Part shown: in pieces, positions 53,639 to 62,118 of the stretch | How positions within the stretch are numbered: the stretch's first letter is position 1 | Layout of the letters: each line of letters opens with the position of its first letter | Source of the DNA: Pseudomonadota bacterium | GTDB taxonomy: Bacteria; Pseudomonadota; Alphaproteobacteria; Rhizobiales; Rhizobiaceae | DNA length: 64,000 nt | Direction of reading: 5' to 3' | Assembly: GCA_023390055.1 (NCBI GenBank) | Contig: JAEWDP010000075.1 | Location: forward strand, 19,821-83,820 | Program-made: the position numbers and the translations under genes | The notes under the pieces: generated by a model | Seen by the model: only the letters and a program-made list of their open reading frames with translations | Database searches by the model: none | What the model was told of the DNA's origin: nothing

Positions 53639-56253
53639 TCGGCGGCGGCGATGGAACGAATGGCCGTACCGGTAGGAATACGGCAAGTGACTGTAGTTCC
53701 GCCACCGGGGCGGCTATCGATGCTGACTGTGCCATGATGTAGGGTCACGAAACTCTCGACAATTGAAAGCCCGAGGCCGGCTCCGCTACGTCTGCCGCCG
53801 CGCGGGCTGGACGAGAAACGATTGAAAACGGAACTTAGCATATCCTGCGGGATGCCCGGCCCAGTATCGGAGACAGAGAAATAAACATCGTCTTCGTCGC
53901 GGTGACAAGCGAGGGTGATCATGCTGCCTGCCGGTGCAAAATTGGTCGCGTTGGTCAAGAGCTTCAGGAGGATCTGCTTCAATCTTTGCTGGTCGGCAAC
54001 GATTGTCCCCATCCCCTTTGGTGCAGTAATCTCTAGCGTGACTTCATTGTCATGCAAGCGGTCTGTGATTTGCAAAGCAACATCATCGAGGAGGTTGTCA
54101 AGGCTGAGTTCTGCGAAGGACAATTGCATGATGCCGGCATCGACCGTTGCAAGATCAAGGATATCGTTGACGATCGTAAGAAGTAACGAGGACGAGGTGG
54201 AAATATGTTCGATATACTCGGCCTGACGTTCGTTCAGTGATCCGATACCAGGCGTTGTCAGAAGATCAGTAAATCCGATGATATTGGTTAGTGGCGAACG
54301 CAACTCGTAGGAAACGTGCTGGACGAAATCGTTCTTGATTTCGTCTGCTTTCTGAAGAGCCTCGTTCTTTTCCTTTAGTGCGCGCTCGGCGCGTGCGCTT
54401 GCCGTCATGTCTACGAATGTGAGCATCGTCTGAGCATTCGGAAGCGGTGTGACGGCATAATCAAGAATGAGGCCGGAATAGAGCTCGAAAGTACCTTGCA
54501 GTGACGGTCTTTCATCATCGCAGTTGGTCAGCATCTGTCCGAAGCGTCGCCAGCCATCGGGCTTGTCATAGGATGGCTTACACACTTCCTCGATGGTACG
54601 GATGTGGGTCCCAGGGGCTGCCTCATCTGCCGTGACGCCCCAAAGCGCACGGAAAGCGGGATTGGACAAGCGGATACGACCGTCAGGTCCGAAGACAGCG
54701 ACACCTTCAGAAAGGTGATCAATGGTTTCACCTTGAACCTTGAGGAGGGTGTTGTAACGCGTTTCGAGGTTCACCTGTTCGGTCAGGTTCTCAAATACCC
54801 AGGTTGCTCCCCCCTGCGGATGCGCGGTGGCAATGATACGTAGCGTCTCGCCGTTTGGCAGGTGCCAAAGGTCAGTCTTGGTATCGAGTGCCTGATAGAT
54901 CGATAGTGCTGATTCCTTCCAGGCGCGCCAGTTCAGCTGTTCGGGTAGCTTGTTGGTGGCACGCAGACGGTCGAGAAGTTCGCTATTATCCGGACGCGAG
55001 TCCAAGAAGCCGAGATCAAGTCCCCAGAGCGTTACGAAGGCTTGATTATAGAATTGCAGCCGTCGATCCCTGTCAAAGATTGCGACCGGAGTTGCGAGGT
55101 GATCCAGGGTTTCTGCATGGCTGCGGAGTGTACGTTTCAGTTCCTCGCGGACTGCCTCAGCCTCGGAGACGTCAATTGCCATGCCGGCAGATCCGCCAGA
55201 TGCGACCACGTCAACTATCTCGTAGATTGTCCGATTTCCATGGACGACTGTAGACACTCGATCATGGAAGGGTGACGCAGGGGTGGCGCTGGCGCGAATG
55301 TTTTCCCGGGTGATTGTCCCAAGAAACTCCCGAGCTTCGCCGACTGCCTGGCTTGGATCCAATGCTTCGACCGCATCGCTATAGGCATGGTTGACCCAGG
55401 CGAGCCTACCATCGGAATTCCGCTGCCAGACCGGCTGTTCGAGGGCATCGAGGAGTGACTGGAAGATTGAAATTGAACCGCGCAGCCGTTCACGCTCGAT
55501 CTTCAATTCTGCAAGTTCCGCCCGGAGGTTATTGAGCGCGATGAAACGTACGAACGCTTTCCCGCCGGATACACGTCCTTGCACTTCGATAATTTCGTCG
55601 CGGTGTGTTTCCACAACCATATCAAAGCTTCGTGCATTGCTGCGAAGTACTTCGATGGCCTTTTCGGTCTCGCCGGCGGAGGCTGGGCGGAGCCACCGGC
55701 CAAAGGCCAGAAACTCACGATCATCCTGTGGTGCTCCAGTGTCCACGGGTAGATGCCCGAGGACTTCTGGCCGCGAATTCGAGCCGTCCCAGATAATAAT
55801 TCGGCGGTTCTTCTCAGCAATTAGCGCTTCATATTTGGAGATGCGCTGATGTGCGTCGGAAAGCGCACTGCGCATTTCCTGCGTTTCCGCCTCCATATTG
55901 CCTCGTTGACGCACGAGCCAAAGCGCAGACAGTAATGCAGCACCGAGAGCTCCGATCACCAATGATGATACGACGACTTCTGTAGAGGAAAAAAGTCTCG
56001 CAGTTGAATCTGCTGGCTGCTGCGCGAGCGCATTCGTAGCCAGTGTCGCCATCGCGCTGCCAGAAACAAGCACGCGTAGCGACAAATGCTGCCCGCTGAG
56101 CGTTTTCACAGCAGATCGCAACCATGATGTACCAGCGCTGGCTGGCGTTGAAATGACACCACCGCAACAGGAAACTACCTCTCGAGGGAGGCTTTTTTCA
56201 TTCACCGACATTCCCGGTCTGTCTCCGTCCATTGCCGCATCTCGACAAGACAT
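53635..56253 (-). CDS. PAS domain-containing sensor histidine kinase (no adjacent response regulator)
   Basis: 872 aa with N-terminal hydrophobic segments and a repeated PAS-like region. H-box HVSYELRSPLT, N-box LLTNATNF, G-boxes DTGPGI and GAGLGLSIV. The exact start is uncertain. Confidence 0.85.
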   Translation of the reverse strand: MSCRDAAMDGDRPGMSVNEKSLPREVVSCCGGVISTPASAGTSWLRSAVKTLSGQHLSLRVLVSGSAMATLATNALAQQPADSTARLFSSTEVVVSSLVIGALGAALLSALWLVRQRGNMEAETQEMRSALSDAHQRISKYEALIAEKNRRIIIWDGSNSRPEVLGHLPVDTGAPQDDREFLAFGRWLRPASAGETEKAIEVLRSNARSFDMVVETHRDEIIEVQGRVSGGKAFVRFIALNNLRAELAELKIERERLRGSISIFQSLLDALEQPVWQRNSDGRLAWVNHAYSDAVEALDPSQAVGEAREFLGTITRENIRASATPASPFHDRVSTVVHGNRTIYEIVDVVASGGSAGMAIDVSEAEAVREELKRTLRSHAETLDHLATPVAIFDRDRRLQFYNQAFVTLWGLDLGFLDSRPDNSELLDRLRATNKLPEQLNWRAWKESALSIYQALDTKTDLWHLPNGETLRIIATAHPQGGATWVFENLTEQVNLETRYNTLLKVQGETIDHLSEGVAVFGPDGRIRLSNPAFRALWGVTADEAAPGTHIRTIEEVCKPSYDKPDGWRRFGQMLTNCDDERPSLQGTFELYSGLILDYAVTPLPNAQTMLTFVDMTASARAERALKEKNEALQKADEIKNDFVQHVSYELRSPLTNIIGFTDLLTTPGIGSLNERQAEYIEHISTSSSLLLTIVNDILDLATVDAGIMQLSFAELSLDNLLDDVALQITDRLHDNEVTLEITAPKGMGTIVADQQRLKQILLKLLTNATNFAPAGSMITLACHRDEDDVYFSVSDTGPGIPQDMLSSVFNRFSSSPRGGRRSGAGLGLSIVESFVTLHHGTVSIDSRPGGGTTVTCRIPTGTAIRSIAAAE

Positions 56254-56334
56254 CCCACACCGCCCTTGCCCGAGGCAGGAGCGAATCGATGTCTAAGACA
56301 ATACTTGGTTAGGGAATCGGCGGAAAGGCCGAGG

Positions 56335-56373
56335 AGAAAAAAGAAAGCCGCCGCCCGTCAAGGCCGCGGCTTT
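56335..56373 (-). terminator. rho-independent terminator of ahcY
   Basis: On the minus strand AAAGCCGCGGCC..GGGCGGCGGCTTT is followed by CTTTTTTCTCC. Confidence 0.7.
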
Positions 56374-56401
56374 CAATATATTGTGGAAAGTCGGGTCCAG
56401 A

Positions 56402-57802
56402 TCAATACCTGTAGTGTTCTGCCTTGAATGGACCCTGAGGTGAGACGCCGATATACAATGCTTGCTCATCCGAAAGCTCAGTGAGTTTAACGCCTAATTT
56501 TCCAAGATGCAGCCGGGCAACCTTCTCATCGAGGTGCTTCGGCAGAATGTAGACGTCATTCTTGTACTGGCCCTCCTTTGTAAACAGCTCGATCTGCGCC
56601 AGTACCTGATTGGTGAAGGATGCGGACATCACGAAGGATGGATGACCGGTGGCATTGCCAAGGTTGAGAAGACGTCCTTCCGACAGCAAGATGATTCGAT
56701 TGCCCTTGGGAAACTCGATCATGTCGACTTGAGGCTTGATGTTTGTCCACTTCAGGTTTCTGAGGGCTGAAACTTGGATCTCGTTGTCGAAGTGGCCGAT
56801 ATTCCCAACGATGGCCATGTCCTTCATGGCTCGCATATGGTCAATGCGGATAACGTCCTTGTTGCCTGTCGTGCTGATGAAAATATCTGCAGTTGAAACC
56901 ACATCTTCGAGAACAACAACTTCATAACCGTCCATAGCGGCTTGCAATGCACAGATGGGGTCAACTTCGGTCACCTTGACACGGGCGCCAGCACCGCTCA
57001 GCGAGGCCGCACTACCCTTGCCGACGTCTCCGTAGCCGCACACGACAGCGACTTTACCGGCCATCATGACATCCGTCGCGCGACGGATACCGTCGACCAG
57101 CGATTCCTTGCATCCGTACTTGTTGTCGAATTTTGACTTTGTGACCGAGTCGTTGACGTTGATTGCCGGGAAGGGAAGCAGATTCTTCTTGGCAAGCTCG
57201 TAGAGACGATGGACACCTGTTGTGGTTTCTTCCGTAACGCCTTTGATTGCATCCCTCTGCCTTGTGAACCAGCCAGGCGACGACTGCAGCCTTTTGCTGA
57301 TCTGCGCAAAGAGGATCTCCTCCTCTTCGGACCCCGGATTTGACAGCACATCCTCGCCTGCTTCGGCTCTAGCCCCGAGCAGAATGTACATGGTGGCATC
57401 GCCACCATCATCGAGGATCATATTAGATACCCCGCCGTCTGCCCACTGGAAGATCTTGTCGGTGTACTGCCAGTACTCGACAAGGGATTCGCCCTTTACC
57501 GCAAATACAGGCACGCCGGATGCCGCGATTGCTGCTGCGGCATGATCCTGTGTTGAGAAGATATTGCAGGATGCCCAGCGCACGTCTGCCCCGAGGGCCG
57601 TAAGTGTCTCGATAAGAACTGCCGTCTGGATCGTCATGTGGAGCGAGCCGGAGATACGTGCACCTTTCAAAGGCTTGCTTTGACTAAATTCGGCGCGGCA
57701 CGCCATAAGGCCCGGCATTTCTGTTTCTGCAATGTCGAGTTCCTTGCGACCGTATGCGGCAAGGCTCATATCAGCGACGACATAGTCATTTTCAGTGCTC
57801 AT
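56402..57802 (-). CDS. ahcY: adenosylhomocysteinase
   Basis: About 466 aa from ATG 57802 (GGAGAG upstream), starting [36 protein letters not shown] motif [10 protein letters not shown] and C-terminal ...FKAEHYRY. Confidence 0.97.
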   Translation of the reverse strand: MSTENDYVVADMSLAAYGRKELDIAETEMPGLMACRAEFSQSKPLKGARISGSLHMTIQTAVLIETLTALGADVRWASCNIFSTQDHAAAAIAASGVPVFAVKGESLVEYWQYTDKIFQWADGGVSNMILDDGGDATMYILLGARAEAGEDVLSNPGSEEEEILFAQISKRLQSSPGWFTRQRDAIKGVTEETTTGVHRLYELAKKNLLPFPAINVNDSVTKSKFDNKYGCKESLVDGIRRATDVMMAGKVAVVCGYGDVGKGSAASLSGAGARVKVTEVDPICALQAAMDGYEVVVLEDVVSTADIFISTTGNKDVIRIDHMRAMKDMAIVGNIGHFDNEIQVSALRNLKWTNIKPQVDMIEFPKGNRIILLSEGRLLNLGNATGHPSFVMSASFTNQVLAQIELFTKEGQYKNDVYILPKHLDEKVARLHLGKLGVKLTELSDEQALYIGVSPQGPFKAEHYRY

Positions 57803-57926
57803 CAAGCTCTCCAGCAGGAAATTTTGCCGTGAATGACAGCAACGTCTCCACAGTCCAGATGGGGTGTGTGTAGCAGGATCAACAATTGTTTGCAATGAGA
57901 CATAAAGAAGTGTTTATATCTTTATG

Positions 57927-58202
57927 TCAGGCTTCTTCGCCGAACTTATCCGTGACGAGACGCTCCAGTGCATCCAGGGCCTCGACCGCCTGAGGGCCGG
58001 AAGCTGTTACGACGACACTGCATCCCGGACTTGCCGCCAGCATCATGAGCCCCATGATCGACATCCCACCAACCGTGTTGCCGTCCTTTGTGACGCGTAT
58101 CTCGGCATTGTACTGACCTACTGTCTGTACAAATTTGGCGGACGCTCGGGCATGCAAGCCGCGCTTATTGACGATGATGAGTTCGCGGGAGAAGGAAGTC
58201 AT
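57927..58202 (-). CDS. ptsH: HPr-family phosphocarrier protein (NPr-type)
   Basis: 91 aa with active-site His context NKRGLHARASAKF and regulatory Ser region GMSIMGLMML. Confidence 0.9.
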   Translation of the reverse strand: MTSFSRELIIVNKRGLHARASAKFVQTVGQYNAEIRVTKDGNTVGGMSIMGLMMLAASPGCSVVVTASGPQAVEALDALERLVTDKFGEEA

Positions 58203-58212
58203 TGTCTGGCGC

Positions 58213-58614
58213 TTACTTGCCGCTCAAGACACGGCTGGCGACATTGATATACTTGCGCCCTGCCTCGGATGCATCGACGAGTGCCTTGTCCATGTCGTTT
58301 TCACCACGCACGCCGGCGAGCTTGATCAGCATCGGCAAATTGACCCCGGCAATAACTTCGGTACGGCCACTGTCCATCACAGAGATAGAAAGGTTGGAGG
58401 GTGTGCCACCGAACATGTCGGTCAAAATGATGACGCCATGGCCGTCATCGGCACTATCGATCGCATCCATTATGTCTTGGCGCCGCTGATCCATATCGTC
58501 GTCAGGGCCAATCGAAACGGTTTCGATGTACTTCTGTGGGCCGACAACATGCTCTAGGGCATGCCGAAACTCTTCAGCCAGCTTGCCGTGGGTGACAAGC
58601 ACAAGTCCGATCAT
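58213..58614 (-). CDS. manX: PTS EIIA component, mannose/fructose family
   Basis: MIGLVLVTHGKLAEEF N-terminus with the phospho-His, from ATG 58614 (GGGGGAG upstream). About 133 aa. Confidence 0.87.
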   Translation of the reverse strand: MIGLVLVTHGKLAEEFRHALEHVVGPQKYIETVSIGPDDDMDQRRQDIMDAIDSADDGHGVIILTDMFGGTPSNLSISVMDSGRTEVIAGVNLPMLIKLAGVRGENDMDKALVDASEAGRKYINVASRVLSGK

Positions 58615-58738
58615 GAACTCCCCCTGCTTCGGAAAACTCGCGGCCCATACCGCATTGCACAAGAGCCGTCCAGCGGCGGAACGCCATCTTGGCTATGTTG
58701 ACCTGAAGTGCAAGTCAAAAATCCGTACTCGACGGCAT

Positions 58739-59215
58739 TCAGAACGGTTTTGGTAGACCGATGTCCGGGTAGAAGGTTGAGATGACAGCCAGAGGCTCAC
58801 GTACTTCTCGTACGAGTCGCAACAGCGGTAACGATCCGAAGGATGCGATCTCATAGGTCTCTTTTTCGGGAGGCAAGCGGTCTGCGGTGCCGGTCTCCAC
58901 GAGCTGGATTGCGAGGTGAAGTGGCGCTGAAGCAACATATGGAAGGCGTGCGATTCCACTTCCGCGAATCTCCATTAATCCCGCAATGGACTTCGGACAG
59001 GTACCGATGAGACCCGCGTGACTGCGAGACAGAATGACCTGGTCGTCAGCGATCAGGGCTGCAGACAGACCGGAGCGTCGTGCGCAAACCATGCAGTTGA
59101 AAGCGATCATCGACTTGCCAATACCGGACGGACCCATAAAAAGAAGACCGGTATTGCCGATCGTAATGGCAGTGGCGTGGACATGGATATGCGTATCCGT
59201 ATCCGTATCCGTCAC
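58739..59215 (-). CDS. hprK: HPr kinase/phosphorylase, short alphaproteobacterial form (C-terminal catalytic domain only)
   Basis: 158 aa with P-loop GPSGIGKS and the LMEIRGSGI motif. It lacks the ~130-aa N-terminal domain of firmicute HprK. GTG start overlaps the chvG stop (GTGA). Confidence 0.87.
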   Translation of the reverse strand: MTDTDTDTHIHVHATAITIGNTGLLFMGPSGIGKSMIAFNCMVCARRSGLSAALIADDQVILSRSHAGLIGTCPKSIAGLMEIRGSGIARLPYVASAPLHLAIQLVETGTADRLPPEKETYEIASFGSLPLLRLVREVREPLAVISTFYPDIGLPKPF

Positions 59216-61005
59216 GCTGCTTCCCCAGCTGGAAGTGACAGGATAAAACGTGCGCCTCTTATCACTCCGGATGTGGCGTCCAGAATGTTCTCCGCCTTGA
59301 GCGTTCCCCCGTGGGCTTCCGCAATCTGGCGGCTGATGGACAATCCCAGGCCGGAATTTTGACCGAAACTCTCACCGTCCGGACGATCCGTGTAGAATCG
59401 TTCAAAAATCCGATTGATATCCTCTGCCTGCACACCCGGACCATTGTCGTCAACGATAATGCTGATGTGTCCGCGCGCTTCGAACAGTCGGATTTTGATC
59501 CGCCCGTCTTCTTCACGAACAAAGGAGCGGGCATTCTCAATGAGATTGGTGATTATCTGGCCAAGTCGCAAATCGTGGCCATTAACGATGAAAGAATCCT
59601 TGCTACTTCCCTTGTGTTCAATGACCAGATCGATTTCCACCGGCTTGCGTCCACTGCGAATCTGGCGAGACATGTCGACGAGGTTGGTAAGGAGGGCTTG
59701 AAGGTCGACAGGTGTCGAATCGGTGCGACCAAGCTCTGCATCAAGCCTGGAAGCATCAGAAATGTCACTGATCAGGCGGTCGAGTCGGCGCACATCATGG
59801 AAGATGATCTCGGTCAGACGATGCTTTGATTCCTCCGATTTTGCTAGAGGAAGTGTTTCCACCGCACTGCGCAGAGATGTGAGCGGGTTTTTCAGCTCAT
59901 GGCTTACGTCGGCAGCAAAACTTTCAATGGCGTCAATCCGATCATAAAGTGCAGTCGTCATCTCGCGAAGTGCAATCGACAAGTTTCCGATTTCATCCTG
60001 GCGATAGGCAAAGTCGGGGATCTCCTCTCGTTGCCTCGCGCCGCGACGAACACGGATCGCAGCCGCAGACAGTCTTCGCAGCGGATTGGCGATCGTCGAT
60101 GAAAGGAGTAATGATAATAAGATGTTAACAAGAGTTGCGACGCCGAAGACGCGCATGATTGCGAGGCGTTCGGCATGAACGATCTTGTCGATGTCGCCGG
60201 CCTGTGTAGATAGTAGCAAGACCCCCAGAACGGCTCGAAACCGCTGAACCGGTACAGCGACGGAAACGATGAGTTCCCCTTTTTCCGTAATTCGCACGAC
60301 AGCGCCGCGGACCCCGGTCAAAGCATTCATAACTTCTGGATAGATTGAACCATCGCCGCCTGGAGCTTCCTTGTAGATCGGGAGGTTTCTCTGTTGCAGC
60401 ATGCGATTGAAGAGACCTGCGACCCACTCGCTCCAACTGATTGTCTCTTGCTCTACCGGTGGTAGGTCAAAGCGCAATACCTGGCCTCGAGAATAGAGAT
60501 GGCGTGAATCAAGAAGGAGATTGGCGTCGGCGTCGAAGAGGCGGGCCCGTGTACGGGTTGGAGAGATAAGACGGCGCAGGACCGGCGCGACCCGGTCCGG
60601 GTCAATGGGGAAGTCCAGGTCCTCGTCGTTCGGCACTGGCGTAATACTCTGGCCTGCCTGTAGTTCCAGCAACTTTTCCGGGTCGATGGTGATAGAATTC
60701 GTATCCACTGAGGCGGAAGCCGCAATGGCCCCGGCAATGATTTCCCCCTGTGTTAGCAAGCTTTCGACACGGGCGTCGATCAGTCCTTCGCGAAACTGAT
60801 TGAGATAGAGAATGCCTCCAACGAGAACGACAGTTGCAGCGATGTTGAAGAATAGAATCCGGCGTGTGAGGCTCGAAAAAACTGCGTGACCGAACACTCT
60901 CCGGATGAGAGTGAATGGTCGGGACCAGATGCGCCGGGGCGGACGGCGCGATTCGGAGTCAGCGTCGTCAATCATATCGCTTTCCAGCAGTTGATCTGCC
61001 ACCAA
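59212..61005 (-). CDS. chvG: sensor histidine kinase ChvG/ExoS/BvrS
   Basis: About 590 aa with two TM segments flanking a periplasmic domain, HAMP, and H-box DVSHELKNPLTSL. It lies downstream of chvI and next to pckA, as in Agrobacterium, Sinorhizobium and Brucella. The start is ambiguous (TTG 61005, GTG 61002 or ATG 60975). Confidence 0.88.
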   Translation of the reverse strand: MVADQLLESDMIDDADSESRRPPRRIWSRPFTLIRRVFGHAVFSSLTRRILFFNIAATVVLVGGILYLNQFREGLIDARVESLLTQGEIIAGAIAASASVDTNSITIDPEKLLELQAGQSITPVPNDEDLDFPIDPDRVAPVLRRLISPTRTRARLFDADANLLLDSRHLYSRGQVLRFDLPPVEQETISWSEWVAGLFNRMLQQRNLPIYKEAPGGDGSIYPEVMNALTGVRGAVVRITEKGELIVSVAVPVQRFRAVLGVLLLSTQAGDIDKIVHAERLAIMRVFGVATLVNILLSLLLSSTIANPLRRLSAAAIRVRRGARQREEIPDFAYRQDEIGNLSIALREMTTALYDRIDAIESFAADVSHELKNPLTSLRSAVETLPLAKSEESKHRLTEIIFHDVRRLDRLISDISDASRLDAELGRTDSTPVDLQALLTNLVDMSRQIRSGRKPVEIDLVIEHKGSSKDSFIVNGHDLRLGQIITNLIENARSFVREEDGRIKIRLFEARGHISIIVDDNGPGVQAEDINRIFERFYTDRPDGESFGQNSGLGLSISRQIAEAHGGTLKAENILDATSGVIRGARFILSLPAGEAA

Positions 61006-61067
61006 ACGTCCTTTCGATGGGCCGGGGCCTCACACCCGTCCGGACGGGCGCACCAAAGTGCGGCTGA

Positions 61068-61790
61068 TCACACAGCTTCGCGGAAGCGGTAGCCGACACC
61101 GTAGAGCGTTTCAATCATATCGAAGTCGCCGTCAACCATCTTGAACTTCTTGCGTAGGCGCTTGATATGGCTATCAATGGTGCGATCGTCCACATAGACC
61201 TGTTCATCATACGCTGCATCCATCAACGCGTCTCGACTCTTGACTACTCCGGGCCGTTGAGCGAGCGAATGGAGGATCAGAAATTCGGTTACCGTAAGCG
61301 TGACCGGCTCTCCTTTCCACGTACAGGTATGCCGTTCCTGATCCATCAGCAACTGGCCGCGTTCGAGTGTGCGGGCCTGCTGAGTGTCGAGGCCTGTCTT
61401 TACGCCTCCTGCACCCTGGGTTTCGCGAGAACTTGCACGGCGCAAGATTGCCTTTACACGCTCTACCAACAGTCGTTGTGAAAAAGGCTTGGTGATGAAA
61501 TCGTCAGCACCCATCTTGAGGCCGAACAATTCGTCGATCTCCTCGTCCTTTGACGTCAGAAAGATGACGGGAATGTCAGATTTCTGCCGAAGCCGGCGCA
61601 ACAATTCCATGCCGTCCATGCGGGGCATCTTAATATCAAAGATCGCAAGTTGTGGCGGCCGCGCCAAGAGGCCGTCAAGTGCGGACGCACCATCCGTGTA
61701 TGTCTCGACCTTGTAGCCTTCAGCTTCAAGGGCGATTGATACCGAAGTCAGAATGTTGCGATCGTCGTCCACGAGCGCGATTGTCTGCAT
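61068..61790 (-). CDS. chvI: OmpR-family response regulator ChvI/BvrR
   Basis: [18 protein letters not shown] receiver N-terminus from ATG 61790 (GGAGAG upstream) and a winged-helix C-terminus ([10 protein letters not shown]). The 47 upstream codons in the track ORF are Cys/His-rich nonsense. Confidence 0.93.
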   Translation of the reverse strand: MQTIALVDDDRNILTSVSIALEAEGYKVETYTDGASALDGLLARPPQLAIFDIKMPRMDGMELLRRLRQKSDIPVIFLTSKDEEIDELFGLKMGADDFITKPFSQRLLVERVKAILRRASSRETQGAGGVKTGLDTQQARTLERGQLLMDQERHTCTWKGEPVTLTVTEFLILHSLAQRPGVVKSRDALMDAAYDEQVYVDDRTIDSHIKRLRKKFKMVDGDFDMIETLYGVGYRFREAV

Positions 61791-62118
61791 ACTCTCCGTC
61801 TCCATCATCATTTGTGCGCATCTCCTGGAGTTACCCCAGCCAGGTCCGGCAAATCCGTCATGCGCCTTGTGAGTATAAAGCTGGAACAAATTGTGGCAAA
61901 GGCAGCAGCTCCTCCAGCAATTATTATGCAAGCGCTCCTCCGAGAGGATGTTTGGGCCGTAAACTAAAACAGATTTTAAACCGATTTAATCAGAAATAAA
62001 ATTCTTTAAATCGATTAATGAATTGATATCATTGGTATTTTGCTCAGTTTCTCCTTGCTCTTTCCATAATCGAGGATTAGTGGAAGCGCAAATCAACGCC
62101 AAGGGAAGGAAAGCGCGC

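Noticed and set aside
57803-57926. Possible SAH riboswitch in the ahcY leader.
   Set aside because: I read the minus-strand leader and found none of the conserved SAH-riboswitch pseudoknot segments I remember (a GC-rich P1/P2 with the AGGCUC / GCGCUC-type pairing). A covariance-model search (Rfam SAH riboswitch) would settle it.
61791-61931. N-terminal extensions of chvI (47 codons), pckA (62023-62118) and ahcY (57803-57895) in the ORF track.
   Set aside because: The extensions are Cys/His/Arg-rich, lack Shine-Dalgarno sequences and are absent from the known family N-termini. Internal ATGs with good GGAG-type sites reproduce the canonical N-termini.
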